The position numbers were made by a program, and so were the translations under genes. Shown here piece by piece: positions 1-10,059 of a stretch of 64,000 nt of DNA. Location: contig CAXXUA010000013.1 in assembly GCA_963663765.2 (NCBI GenBank), positions 224,001 through 288,000 on the forward strand. The letters are read 5' to 3'. Below the pieces are notes generated by a model. It was not told the origin of the DNA, made no database searches, and was given only the letters and a program-made list of their open reading frames with translations. This DNA comes from Candidatus Poribacteria bacterium. GTDB lineage: Bacteria; Poribacteria; WGA-4E; WGA-3G. Positions within the stretch are counted from its first letter, which is position 1, and the number at the start of each line of letters is the position of its first letter.

Positions 1-1227
1 ACCACTATTGATACGTTCAATCGCTTCATCTATGGTTTTGACATGGATGAGTCCTAAAACAGGACCGAAGATTTCAGTTTTTGCGATTTCCCCTTGTGGG
101 TCAATGTTTGACAGAACAGTAGGTCGCATGAAATTGCCATTTTCACAACCATTGATGCTTGGATATCGACCATCAACGAGCACCCGCGCGCCTGCATCTA
201 TACCAGTCTGAATTAATCCTTCAATTCGTTGCTTGCTATCCTGTGTGATGACAGGGCCCATCTCTACATTCTCATCCAATCCGTTGCCAACAACTCTATC
301 TGTTGCGACATCACTAATTGCATTTGGAAACCAGTTCTGTGCACCCCCAACAGCAAAGGCAAGTGATGCGGCGAGACAACGTTGTCCTGCACATCCGAAT
401 GCACTATCTGCTGTTGCATTAGCGGTAAACTCTGGATCAGCATCTGGTAGAACAATCAACGGGTTTTTCGCGCCGCCTTGACACTGAACACGTTTGCCAT
501 GTGCTGCGGCTTTAGCATAGATTGCTTTTGCAGTTGCAGTTGATCCGACAAAACTAATTGCGTGTATCTCAGGATGTTCCAAGATTGCATTAACTGTATC
601 CTGACCACCATTCACAAGATTCACAACCCCTTTTGGTAACCCTGTTTGTTCAAGGAGTTTAAATATCTTCTGCATGGTAAGTGGTACTTTCTCAGAAGGT
701 TTTACAATGTAAGTGTTCCCACAAGCAATGGCATAAGGCAGGAACCAGAAGGTTATCATTCCAGGAAAATTGAATGGCGCGATGACAGCACCAACACCTA
801 CGGGTTGGCGAATCATGAACTCATCGATTCCTGTAGAGATGTCTTCCAAATTAGCACCTTGCATCAATGTAGGAATTCCACATGCTACTTCAACGTTTTC
901 AATAGCACGTCGTATTTCTCCCTTTGATTCAGCAAGGGTTTTACCACATTCTAATGTAATCGTTTGTGCAATATCGTCAATATTCTCATCAAGCAAATTC
1001 TTGAGTTTGAATAGGTATTGAACTCGTTGGACAGGTGGTGTGCGTCTCCATTCATCAAAAGCAGATGTGGCAGCAGTAGCTGCTTGATGCACTTCTTCTG
1101 CGGGGGATAGTGGTACCAATGTTAGTACTTCACCCGTTGCGGGGTTTGTCACATCAAGCATTTCTGAGGACTCAGAACGCTGCCATGTGTTGTCAATATA
1201 GTTCAAAATGGGTGTTGGTTCATTCAT
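1..1227 (-). CDS. mmsA: CoA-acylating methylmalonate/malonate-semialdehyde dehydrogenase (3' end runs off the window edge)
   Basis: Absent from the ORF track because it has no stop in the window. Manual translation from ATG 1227 gives [35 protein letters not shown]..., with [14 protein letters not shown] and catalytic [10 protein letters not shown] motifs typical of MMSDH/IolA. Confidence 0.9.
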   Translation of the reverse strand, partial: MNEPTPILNYIDNTWQRSESSEMLDVTNPATGEVLTLVPLSPAEEVHQAATAATSAFDEWRRTPPVQRVQYLFKLKNLLDENIDDIAQTITLECGKTLAESKGEIRRAIENVEVACGIPTLMQGANLEDISTGIDEFMIRQPVGVGAVIAPFNFPGMITFWFLPYAIACGNTYIVKPSEKVPLTMQKIFKLLEQTGLPKGVVNLVNGGQDTVNAILEHPEIHAISFVGSTATAKAIYAKAAAHGKRVQCQGGAKNPLIVLPDADPEFTANATADSAFGCAGQRCLAASLAFAVGGAQNWFPNAISDVATDRVVGNGLDENVEMGPVITQDSKQRIEGLIQTGIDAGARVLVDGRYPSINGCENGNFMRPTVLSNIDPQGEIAKTEIFGPVLGLIHVKTIDEAIERINSG

Positions 1228-1267
1228 CAAAAATAATTACCTTTTGCTTAACGTAAGAAAACAGCCA

Positions 1268-2695
1268 TTAGTTCTGTTTTGCGAAGATTTCAAGAACTTT
1301 CATCTGCTCCATTGCAGCGACTACTTGCGGATCATGGACAATATCATCTTTTATGTTCTGTGTTTCTAATGCAATTGCAAACTTCAGAGCAATATCACTT
1401 AAGATGATCTGTTCTTCGGTGAGAGCGTCAGTTAACCTTCTATAAGTCCGCATTAGTTTTGCTGCTTGACGGTCATCGCGAGATGCATGTTCAGCGGAAT
1501 ATAATTTATCTAAGACATCATCCCCGTTTTCTTCAATAAAAGTTTTAATTTTTTGATGATTACGAAGTTTTATTTGCATTTGCTGTTCAGATCGACTAAA
1601 ATATGCGGTCTCAACGTCTGGTATGACACCGATTTTATCAATATCTACCCCACTGGGTGTAAAGTAACGCGCTACAGTTAGTTTTACGGCAGCTTTTGAA
1701 TCGCTGAGTGGGAAGACCTTCTGTACTGATGCTTTTCCAAAAGTTTTACTTCCCATGACGAGACCTCTGCTATGGTCTTTTATTGCACCGGCAACGATTT
1801 CAGATGCACTTGCACTCCCCCCGTTGACTAATACTATTAGTGGAAAATTGTCCCTTGCCTTACCTTCAGCATGAAAATCTTCTCTTTTTTCAATTCCCTT
1901 ACTATAGACAACGAGCTTGCCGGGTTCAAGAAAATCGCTTGAAATTGCAACAGCTGAACTGAGTAATCCACCAGGGTTAAAACGAAGATCAAGGATAATT
2001 CCTTTTACATTTTGTGCGATGAATTCTTCCAGGGCTTTGTCAATATCCTCTGGTGTAGTCTGTAAGAACTGATTAATTTTTAGATAACCGAGATTATCCC
2101 CGATTATTTCTTTCTCTACGTTTGGTATTCGTATAACCTCTCTCCTGATCGTAACCTCAATCGGTTGATTTACCTTTGGACGAATTAGGGTAATTGATAC
2201 AGAGGTTCCGGGTTCGCCACGTAGCAGGTCAACAGCCTCATCTAATGTCATGACTGCTGTAGATTCTCCATCTATCTGACTGATGATATCCCCATTTTGA
2301 ACGCCAGCAAGTGCAGCCGGATTTCCTTTGAAAGGTGTTATGACGGTGATCATATCATCACGCATGCCAACTGTCATGCCGAGACCACCGTAGTTGCCTT
2401 GGTTTTGTGTGCGAAATGTGAGGTAGTCAGGAATATATTGGCTATAAGGATCTAAGGTGCGGAGCATACCCCTGATTGCACCTTCCATCAATTCTTTTGG
2501 ATCAGTATTATCAAGATGTTCCTGTTCAACATAAGCCAATATTTCAGTAAAAAGCGATATATTCTCTAATAGATTGTCCTTATCTGTTTCACCGTTTTCA
2601 GTTTCTGCAGAAGTCCAGTTAATTTGAAGAGAAACTGCAATGAAAACTGTAAGTAGTATAATAAAAAAAGTATGTTTTTTCATTTTTGACTCCAT
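1268..2695 (-). CDS. ctpA: Carboxy-terminal processing protease, S41 family (PDZ + peptidase), with N-terminal signal/anchor
   Basis: LDPYS, YGGLG PDZ entry, DLRFNPGG, SASASEIVAG (catalytic Ser), KTFGKASVQ (catalytic Lys). Confidence 0.92.
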   Translation of the reverse strand: MESKMKKHTFFIILLTVFIAVSLQINWTSAETENGETDKDNLLENISLFTEILAYVEQEHLDNTDPKELMEGAIRGMLRTLDPYSQYIPDYLTFRTQNQGNYGGLGMTVGMRDDMITVITPFKGNPAALAGVQNGDIISQIDGESTAVMTLDEAVDLLRGEPGTSVSITLIRPKVNQPIEVTIRREVIRIPNVEKEIIGDNLGYLKINQFLQTTPEDIDKALEEFIAQNVKGIILDLRFNPGGLLSSAVAISSDFLEPGKLVVYSKGIEKREDFHAEGKARDNFPLIVLVNGGSASASEIVAGAIKDHSRGLVMGSKTFGKASVQKVFPLSDSKAAVKLTVARYFTPSGVDIDKIGVIPDVETAYFSRSEQQMQIKLRNHQKIKTFIEENGDDVLDKLYSAEHASRDDRQAAKLMRTYRRLTDALTEEQIILSDIALKFAIALETQNIKDDIVHDPQVVAAMEQMKVLEIFAKQN

Positions 2696-2713
2696 TTCTA
2701 TGTATAAACTTTT

Positions 2714-3211
2714 CTATCTATTTTTAATCAATTTGTTTGTTAAATTTCTTATACTTGTGTTATACGTAATGTAAAAAGCAACAATTACAGCAATAGCACC
2801 AAATACCAAATCAAATAATTCCATACGGTTTTTCATAAGTTCAAATTTAGAACTACTGAAATAGACATTTTCTGCAATAAGTTTTGCATCTTTCTCAACT
2901 ATTTTCCACTGTTCCATATATTGCTCAGTCAATTGTGAAATTGCATTCAAATGAACATCCAGATATTTTCCGACAAGAAAACCTATCACAGCGAAAATGG
3001 CTGCTCCGATAGAGACCAAAAACCAATGCATCTTCTCATCTGATTCAATTGCATTCACACATGTGAGTAGCATTCCTATTCCAGTGAACGCACCGATACA
3101 AACAGCGATAAAACCAAAGGTATTCCCAGTCAACTGTATGTATGTTGCCCAAAGTATGCCACCTAAGACTGCACCAATGAGTCCACCTAAAGGTGCAAAA
3201 ACAATTTTCAT
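2714..3211 (-). CDS. Hypothetical membrane protein (about 4 TM helices)
   Basis: Gly-rich hydrophobic segments; 4-nt overlap with the gatA stop suggests translational coupling. Confidence 0.7.
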   Translation of the reverse strand: MKIVFAPLGGLIGAVLGGILWATYIQLTGNTFGFIAVCIGAFTGIGMLLTCVNAIESDEKMHWFLVSIGAAIFAVIGFLVGKYLDVHLNAISQLTEQYMEQWKIVEKDAKLIAENVYFSSSKFELMKNRMELFDLVFGAIAVIVAFYITYNTSIRNLTNKLIKNR

Positions 3212-4689
3212 TCGTTTCCTTCAGTAGAATGAATATCGGGTTTTTTCAGATGATGTTCAGTATTTTGCTCAAAAGAATAAGCAACTCGTAAGACTGATTC
3301 CTCTGCGAACGGTTTTGCAAGTAATTGTAGACCTATAGGTAAACCGTTTTTGGCAAAACCACAAGGTACGGAAATTCCAGGTAACCCCGCATGACTTGCT
3401 GGTGTCGTCATGACATCACACATATACATTTGTAAAGGGTCTGCTGTGCGTTCACCAATCTTAAATGCAGATGTAGGTGATGTTGGGGTTGCAATTACAT
3501 CAACTTTCTCAAAAGCATCATCAAAATCGGACTTTATTAGCGTACGCACCTTTTGTGCTTTTTTATAATATGCATCTTGATACCCCGTACTCAAGGCAAA
3601 AGTTCCAAGCATGATGCGTCTTTTAACTTCTTGTCCAAATCCTTCACTTCGTGTTTTCTTATACATATTGATTAAATCAGCAGGTTCTTCGGTTCTATAT
3701 CCGTAGCGAACTCCGTCATATCTTGCAAGGTTTGCACTTGCTTCTGCTGGTGCGATGATATAATATGTTGCTATTGCATAATCGGTATGAGGTAGAGATA
3801 TTTCAACGATAAACGCACCCAGTTTTTCTAATTCAGCGATAGCAGTATGCACACAGTCTGCTACATCGGTGTCTAATCCTTCAGCGAAATACTCCTTAGG
3901 AACCCCTATTTTCATTCCTTTTACATCATTGATGAGGAATTTCGTAAACTCAGGAACAGGAACATCAACAGAAGTTGAATCCATCTCGTCTTTACCACAG
4001 AGTGCGTTGAGAACCAATGCACAATCAGTTACATCTTTGGTAAATGGTCCGATCTGATCCAGTGAAGAAGCAAATGCGATAAGACCATAACGTGAAATCC
4101 GTCCATAAGTTGGCTTCATGCCAACAACCCCACAGAGAGCAGCAGGTTGACGAATAGAACCACCAGTATCAGAACCCAAAGACAATATTGCAGTGTCAGC
4201 TGCGACGACTGCTGCTGAACCGCCACTTGAGCCACCAGGGATCGCCGTCAAATCCCATGGATTGTGTGTGATTTGATATGCAGAATTTTCTGTAGAAGAC
4301 CCCATCGCAAACTCATCCATGTTTGTCTTGCCGATCATAACAACTCCTTGTTGGTTCAGTTTGTTCATGACGGTCGCATCATAAGGCGGGACAAAGTTCT
4401 CCAATATCTTTGAAGCACATGTTGTCCGAACACCTTTGGTGCATATTACATCTTTGATTGCAAAGGGTATACCCGCAAGAGGTGGCATATCATCACCATT
4501 TTGAAATCCACGATCTGCTACAGCTGCTTGTTCTAATGCGAGTTCTTCTGTTAATGTCAAATAACCTTTGACTTGTGATTCCACCTCCTTTATGCGTCTA
4601 AAGATAGACTCAGTTAATTCAACAGCAGTGATTTCGCGGGTCTTGAGTTTCTTATGTAATTCGTGTGCAGGTAATTGGTTTAGTGCCAT
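3208..4689 (-). CDS. gatA: Asp/Glu-tRNA amidotransferase subunit A
   Basis: Amidase signature [31 protein letters not shown]; [12 protein letters not shown]; [10 protein letters not shown]. Confidence 0.97.
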   Translation of the reverse strand: MALNQLPAHELHKKLKTREITAVELTESIFRRIKEVESQVKGYLTLTEELALEQAAVADRGFQNGDDMPPLAGIPFAIKDVICTKGVRTTCASKILENFVPPYDATVMNKLNQQGVVMIGKTNMDEFAMGSSTENSAYQITHNPWDLTAIPGGSSGGSAAVVAADTAILSLGSDTGGSIRQPAALCGVVGMKPTYGRISRYGLIAFASSLDQIGPFTKDVTDCALVLNALCGKDEMDSTSVDVPVPEFTKFLINDVKGMKIGVPKEYFAEGLDTDVADCVHTAIAELEKLGAFIVEISLPHTDYAIATYYIIAPAEASANLARYDGVRYGYRTEEPADLINMYKKTRSEGFGQEVKRRIMLGTFALSTGYQDAYYKKAQKVRTLIKSDFDDAFEKVDVIATPTSPTSAFKIGERTADPLQMYMCDVMTTPASHAGLPGISVPCGFAKNGLPIGLQLLAKPFAEESVLRVAYSFEQNTEHHLKKPDIHSTEGNE

Positions 4690-4703
4690 TCAGTTGCTGC
4701 TCC

Positions 4704-5000
4704 TTATGCAGTATCAATAACTCTGGGAACACCGAAATAACCTTCTTCTGCTTCAGGTGCATTCGCAAGTACTGCTTTCCGATTTAACGAAGTTTTTACA
4801 ATATCAGGTTTGGTTATATTATATTGCGGATGAATATGTGATGTCGGTGGAACGTCATCCGTATCCAATTCATTCAATTTACCAATATATTCCAAGATTC
4901 TGCTGAGTTGCTCTGTAAAATCTTGTGTCTCTTCCTCGTTGAAATCAAGCCGCGCTAAGTTTGCTACGTGGCTAACGCCATCAGTCGTTATTGTTGCCAT
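4704..5000 (-). CDS. gatC: Asp/Glu-tRNA amidotransferase subunit C
   Basis: VSHVANLARL...LNELDTDDVPPT...NAPE..EGYF.VPRVI; 98 aa, directly upstream of gatA. Confidence 0.95.
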   Translation of the reverse strand: MATITTDGVSHVANLARLDFNEEETQDFTEQLSRILEYIGKLNELDTDDVPPTSHIHPQYNITKPDIVKTSLNRKAVLANAPEAEEGYFGVPRVIDTA

Positions 5001-5026
5001 TTAATTGTATTCCTTTCACATTTAAT

Positions 5027-7186
5027 TTATGTTCCTGTCTGTAATGGTGCCAAAGCAGCAGCAAATCGTTTTGAACCCCCGCGGTCAAAACGTACAGTGA
5101 CAAAGGCATTCAACCCAGTACCACTTAGTTTTGTCACCTTACCACGTCCAAAACTCGGATGGATTACAATCTGTTCAACACTATACTTCTCTTCTGTTTC
5201 CTCAATGACATATTGGTTTTCTTGTTGAGAAAATGCTGAGTTGTATCTGTCAACGTGTTTTATCAGATGCGGTGAAATCTCGTCAATGAAACGTGATGGC
5301 ACTCTATATTCTGATCCACTCCAGGTTCTGCGTGATTGTGCATGCACAAGGAAAAGCTGTTCCTCTGCCCGTGTGATACCGACATAACACAATCTACGTT
5401 CCTCTTCTAAATCTGCTTCAGAATTGACGGAACGTTGATGAGGCATGTATCCTTCTTCCATACCGACTATAAAGACAAACGGAAATTCTAAACCTTTAGC
5501 ACTGTGTAAGGTCATCATCGTCACAACATTGGATTTATCCGTGTCATCGTCAGTATCCATTGTGTCAATATCCGCTATGAGTGCAACATTTTCCAAATAT
5601 TCAGATAGAGACGGGTCTTCAGCGATCATTTCATATTCGTAGACTGCGTTTAGCAGTTCTTCAATGTTCTCAACTCTGTTTTGGGCTTCAATTGTTCGTT
5701 GTCCTTTGAAGTTTTCAAGGTACCCCGTGGTGTCTAAGATATGTTCAAGCGCATCTGCGGGAAGATCAGTCTCGTCATATCCATCAAATATATTTGAGAA
5801 ACGACGGATTTTACCCTTTATTCCTGCATTTATTGTATCTATTTCGTCAACACGTTGTACTGCTTCAAATAGCGGTATATCTTCAACGTCAGCAAATTGC
5901 ATAAGCCGTTCAAGAGATGTTGCGCCAATACCACGACTGGGTACATTGATTATACGTCTGAGACTCAATGTATCACGTGGGTTGCACATAACGCGGAGAT
6001 ACGCGATAAGGTCCTTGATTTCCATTCGGTCATAAAAACCTAACCCACCAACAATCTGATAAGGAATATTAGCTGAACTAAGTGCCTCCTCAAAAATACG
6101 TGATTGTGCGTTTGTTCTATAAAAAATAGCAAAACCCTTGTATTCAACCCCTTCGGAGTACCAATCCTCAATCCTTGTCCCAACGTAACCGGCTTCGTCG
6201 CGCTCATCCATCGCTTCATAACAAGTGATCAGTTCCCCTTGTTCTTTCTCTGTCCACAGTTTTTTCTCTTTTCGTTCCTTGTTGTTTTGAACAACACTCC
6301 ATGCCGCTTCTAATATGTTCTTGGTTGAACGGTAATTCTGCTCTAAACGGAGTACTCGTGTGTTTGGAAAATGATCTTCAAATTTGAGTATGTTCTGGAT
6401 GTCAGCCCCGCGAAATCCGTAAATTGACTGGTCATCATCTCCCACTACGCATATATTCCTTTTATCACCTGATAGATAACGCACCAATTCATACTGGCAA
6501 TGGTTCGTATCCTGATACTCATCTACAAGCACGTACTCAAACTTATTCTGATAAAATTCAAGAACATCTGGGTAGTTTTTGAAGAGTCTTATAGTAAAGT
6601 TAAGCAGGTCATCAAAATCCAAGGCGTTGTTTTTTCGCAGTGTCTTCTGATATATTGGATATACTTTAGCCACAATCTTTTCATAGAAACCCTCAGCTGT
6701 GTTTTCATAAGAAGAAGGATTTATGAAACTGTTTTTTGCACTACTAATAAGGTCGTGAATTGTACGTGGATAATACTGTTTTTCGTCCAAATTGTACTGT
6801 TTTAGGATGTCCTTTACAACAGTGAGTTGTTCGCTTTTGTCAAATATGGTAAAGTTCCGGGTAAAACCGTCTAATTGTTCAATGTCTTTTCGCAGAATGC
6901 GCGCACAAGATGCATGGAATGTAGAAACCCATAGATTCCTGCTCGGTCCCTCTCCCAAGAGTGTATCCAATCGTTCTTTCATCTCATTTGCAGCTTTGTT
7001 TGTGAATGTAACAGCAAGAATACGAAATGCAGAAACTCGGTGATTTTTAATTAGATTTGCAATACGGTGAGTTATGACGCGTGTTTTTCCGCTTCCCGCA
7101 CCGGATAGGATAAGGAGAGGTCCTTGAGTGTGTTGGACAGCATCACGTTGGACATCGTTTAAGGAACTCAATAGATTGTCGGACAA
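5027..7186 (-). CDS. pcrA: ATP-dependent DNA helicase PcrA/UvrD
   Basis: GAGSGKT, VTFTNKAA, VDEYQDTN, GDDDQSIYGFRGA, LEQNYRST, TLHSAKGLEF, EEERRLCYVGITRA and a C-terminal HPSFGRG Tudor-like domain; TTG start with GAAGGAG RBS. Confidence 0.96.
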   Translation of the reverse strand: MSDNLLSSLNDVQRDAVQHTQGPLLILSGAGSGKTRVITHRIANLIKNHRVSAFRILAVTFTNKAANEMKERLDTLLGEGPSRNLWVSTFHASCARILRKDIEQLDGFTRNFTIFDKSEQLTVVKDILKQYNLDEKQYYPRTIHDLISSAKNSFINPSSYENTAEGFYEKIVAKVYPIYQKTLRKNNALDFDDLLNFTIRLFKNYPDVLEFYQNKFEYVLVDEYQDTNHCQYELVRYLSGDKRNICVVGDDDQSIYGFRGADIQNILKFEDHFPNTRVLRLEQNYRSTKNILEAAWSVVQNNKERKEKKLWTEKEQGELITCYEAMDERDEAGYVGTRIEDWYSEGVEYKGFAIFYRTNAQSRIFEEALSSANIPYQIVGGLGFYDRMEIKDLIAYLRVMCNPRDTLSLRRIINVPSRGIGATSLERLMQFADVEDIPLFEAVQRVDEIDTINAGIKGKIRRFSNIFDGYDETDLPADALEHILDTTGYLENFKGQRTIEAQNRVENIEELLNAVYEYEMIAEDPSLSEYLENVALIADIDTMDTDDDTDKSNVVTMMTLHSAKGLEFPFVFIVGMEEGYMPHQRSVNSEADLEEERRLCYVGITRAEEQLFLVHAQSRRTWSGSEYRVPSRFIDEISPHLIKHVDRYNSAFSQQENQYVIEETEEKYSVEQIVIHPSFGRGKVTKLSGTGLNAFVTVRFDRGGSKRFAAALAPLQTGT

Positions 7187-7225
7187 GAAATGTCTCCTTC
7201 GGTAAGGGTTGATGGTAATGTATAA

Positions 7226-7254
7226 AGTATACGCAATTTAGGTTTTGTATGCAA
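7226..7254 (-). promoter_or_regulatory. Putative sigma70 promoter for pcrA-gatC-gatA-ctpA
   Basis: Minus strand TTGCAT-17 nt-TATACT, about 40 nt upstream of the pcrA start. Confidence 0.55.
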
Positions 7255-7268
7255 GGAAATTGTTGGTA

Positions 7269-7297
7269 TTGAATTTATGGACAGAAAATGTTATAAT
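7269..7297 (+). promoter_or_regulatory. Putative sigma70 promoter (extended -10) for the dehydrogenase operon
   Basis: TTGAAT-17 nt-TATAAT with TG at -15/-14; divergent from the pcrA promoter. Confidence 0.6.
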
Positions 7298-7330
7298 TCA
7301 CCAATAGATTTGAGATAGTAGGTATCGTAA

Positions 7331-8371
7331 ATGAACAATTCGGTATTTCGTGTAGGTGTCACGCCAGATTTCCTCAAACCTGATAGCACTTCCGATTTAG
7401 ATAACATAGCAGGTCCACTGTTTGAAGAAGCAGGAATAGACTGGGAATATATTGAAGATAAAACTTCGACATTACATACAAAACAAATAAAAGACTATGA
7501 TGCACTATTGGTGTTAGGAGCAAAAATCACAGAAGAAACCCTTAACAACAATGAAAGACTTGCAATTATCGCAAGGTTTGGAGTCGGGTATGATAAAGTT
7601 GACGTTGCTGCATGCACTAAGTATGGTGTCTTACTGACAATTGCACCAGATGGTGTCCGAAGACCTGTCGCAACTTCAATTCTGACCTTTGTGCTATCTC
7701 TAAGTCATCAGTTGTTGAGAAAAGACAGACTCATCCGTTCGGGTAAATGGGAAGACACGAAAGACTTTATGGGTATGGGTTTAGTCGGCAAGACCCTCGG
7801 ACTTGTTGGTATGGGGAATATCGGTAAAGAGACATTCAAACTGGCAAAACCTTTCGGTATGCGTCATATTGCCTACGATCCATACATTTCTCCTGCAGAG
7901 GCAGCAAAGGTTGGCGTTGAACTTGTCAATCTGGATACTTTGATGCAAACCGCTGATTATGTTTGCATCTGCTGTCCGTTGAATGATGATACACATGAAC
8001 TTATTGATGCAAAGTGCATCAGCTTGATGAAACCGACAGCGTATCTGATTAACACTGCTCGCGGTCCCATTGTTGACCAAAAAGCACTCACAGACGCGCT
8101 TCAGCATCGACATATACAAGGAGCAGGTCTTGATGTCTTTGAACGAGAACCAATTGACGATGATGATCCACTCCTAAGTTTAGACAATGTTATCCTGACA
8201 CCACACAGTATCTGTTGGACCGACCAATGTTTTGAGGGGAACGGTAAGAGTGCTTGTGAGAGTATCATAAGTGTTGCTTCAGGACAATTGCCAAAGTATA
8301 TTGTGAACAGAGATGTAATTGACAATCCAATACTAAAGAAAAAACTCACGAACATAATAAATTCGCAATGA
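7331..8371 (+). CDS. D-isomer-specific 2-hydroxyacid dehydrogenase (SerA/GyaR-like)
   Basis: RFGVGYDKVD, Rossmann GMGNIG, NTARG (Arg), DVFEREP (Glu), TPHS (His). Confidence 0.9.
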   Translation: MNNSVFRVGVTPDFLKPDSTSDLDNIAGPLFEEAGIDWEYIEDKTSTLHTKQIKDYDALLVLGAKITEETLNNNERLAIIARFGVGYDKVDVAACTKYGVLLTIAPDGVRRPVATSILTFVLSLSHQLLRKDRLIRSGKWEDTKDFMGMGLVGKTLGLVGMGNIGKETFKLAKPFGMRHIAYDPYISPAEAAKVGVELVNLDTLMQTADYVCICCPLNDDTHELIDAKCISLMKPTAYLINTARGPIVDQKALTDALQHRHIQGAGLDVFEREPIDDDDPLLSLDNVILTPHSICWTDQCFEGNGKSACESIISVASGQLPKYIVNRDVIDNPILKKKLTNIINSQ

Positions 8372-8399
8372 TAAAACTACGATATAAAAGGTGTAATAA

Positions 8400-9524
8400 A
8401 TGGCTCATGCATACACTCCCGGACTGAAAGTTACCGAGGGGATGACGATACAAAAAAGAAGACGGCTTCCACTTGAAGGTGAAGTACTTGTTGAAACTGG
8501 TGTTGCTGTTAAGGCAGAGGATGTTGTTGCTAAAGCAGACCTACCCGGTAACGTGCAGTTGTTGAACGTAGCAAACCTGCTCAGCATTTCTCCCGAAGAG
8601 ATCGCTGAATACATGCTAAAACAGACAGGTGAGAAGATTTTAGAGAATGAAATTATTGCTTCCACAAAAGGGATTTTTGGACTTTTCAAATCACAAGCAC
8701 GTTCACCTATTGAAGGTACAATTGAGGCTGTATCTGATGTAACGGGACAAGTCATCCTGCGTGAACCCCCCATCCCAGTTGAAGTAAAAGCATACACAAA
8801 CGGAACTATAACAGAAACTATCCCAAATGAAGGTGTCACAGTGGAGACCTATGGCACTTATGTCCAAGGTATTTTTGGCGTAGGAGGAGAGACGTTAGGT
8901 GAGTTGGTTGTAGTCGTTGATTCTCCAAGTGACAACTTGCAAGTAGAGCAAATATTGCCTGAACACAAAGAAAAGATAATTGTTGGGGGTTCGCTTGTCG
9001 CAACCGATGTTATTCAGAAAGCCGTAGAAATCGGAGTCCACGGTATCATTGCAGGTGGAATAGACGATGCGGATTTACGACAACTTCTTGGATATGAACT
9101 TGGTGTGGCTATCACCGGATCCGAGGAACTCGGCATCACACTTGTTATTACCGAAGGTTTTGGCAGTATTGCTATGGCTGAACGCACTTTTGAACTGCTC
9201 AAAACCCGCGAAGGTATGAAAACCTCTATCAACGGTGCTACCCAAATACGTGCGGGTGTTGTCCGTCCAGAAATCGTAATTCCTTTCATTTCAGATGGTA
9301 ATGCTACAGACTCTGATGTGTCCGAAGGTACATTAGAGATTGGCAGTCCTGTGCGTGTGATTCGTGAACCGCATTTTGGTAAATTGGGACACGTCACTGA
9401 CCTCCCGATAGAACTGCAGCAATTGGAAACGGAAGCAGAGGTAAGAGTACTACAAGTGGAATTTGAAGATGGTGAAAAAACAACTCTCCCCCGCGCCAAC
9501 GTTGAAGCTATTGAAGAACGATAA
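8400..9524 (+). CDS. Conserved hypothetical protein with barrel-sandwich-hybrid-like repeats and a C-terminal KOW-like domain
   Basis: GEVLVETGVAVKAEDVVA and KQTGEKILENEIIA...SPIEGTI resemble lipoyl/RnfC-type barrel-sandwich motifs; C-terminal LEIGSPVRVIREPHFGKLGHV resembles KOW. Confidence 0.75.
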   Translation: MAHAYTPGLKVTEGMTIQKRRRLPLEGEVLVETGVAVKAEDVVAKADLPGNVQLLNVANLLSISPEEIAEYMLKQTGEKILENEIIASTKGIFGLFKSQARSPIEGTIEAVSDVTGQVILREPPIPVEVKAYTNGTITETIPNEGVTVETYGTYVQGIFGVGGETLGELVVVVDSPSDNLQVEQILPEHKEKIIVGGSLVATDVIQKAVEIGVHGIIAGGIDDADLRQLLGYELGVAITGSEELGITLVITEGFGSIAMAERTFELLKTREGMKTSINGATQIRAGVVRPEIVIPFISDGNATDSDVSEGTLEIGSPVRVIREPHFGKLGHVTDLPIELQQLETEAEVRVLQVEFEDGEKTTLPRANVEAIEER

Positions 9525-9536
9525 CTCTCATTTAAT

Positions 9537-10022
9537 CAGGATTTACGTACGAAATGGTAGGTGTGCTTTGTAAGCGCGCTGGCACATCAAGTCCTAACAG
9601 CACCAAGTCAACGGTATGAATGCCTTTTTGCATTCCCCGCCTATAAAGCGCCAAGGCAACGGTATGAATCATGAAGCATGCCACAAGCGCATGCTTCTTT
9701 AGGCATTCCCCACCTACCGTATGAGAAATATCTATTACCGAACTAATAAATTAATCTTCATATCAGAAACATCTTGTGACAAAAACTTCGCACACATATT
9801 AAGCAAATAATTGACAGTATACCTTATAACGTGATATGATATATAAATGTCAATTCAGATAGCATTCAAGATGAAAATGATGCAAATATCAGAAATTTTA
9901 TAGGTTTCCAGCGCGCTTACAAAGCACCAAATCAAGAAATCAACGGTATGAATCATGGAGCATGCCACAAGCGCATGCTTCTCTAAGCATGATACGCTTA
10001 CCGTTGGGGTGCGTAAGTCTTA
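9537..10022. repeat. Composite MITE-like repeat region
   Basis: Imperfect terminal IRs caggatttacgtac (9537) / gtgcgtaagtctta (10009-10022). Perfect 20-bp IR at 9563-9582 / 9908-9927. 42-bp direct repeat at 9657-9698 / 9941-9982 (1 mismatch) containing a gaagcatgc..gcatgcttc hairpin. First 46 nt match 45717-45762 at 40/46. Confidence 0.75.
9811..9840 (+). promoter_or_regulatory. Putative sigma70 promoter for the DegT-glpD genes
   Basis: TTGACA-18 nt-TATGAT with TG immediately upstream (extended -10). Confidence 0.45.
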
Positions 10023-10059
10023 TTAGAATATATAAATTGAATCCAAACAAAGCAAAATT

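Noticed and set aside
3208-5000. Absence of gatB next to gatCA, and of murB in the dcw cluster
   Set aside because: Both genes are often unlinked, so absence from a 64-kb window is uninformative.
9600-9990. Repeated caacggtatgaat units as a possible CRISPR array
   Set aside because: Only 2-3 copies with irregular spacing (about 48 and 284 bp) and no cas genes; better explained as MITE modules.
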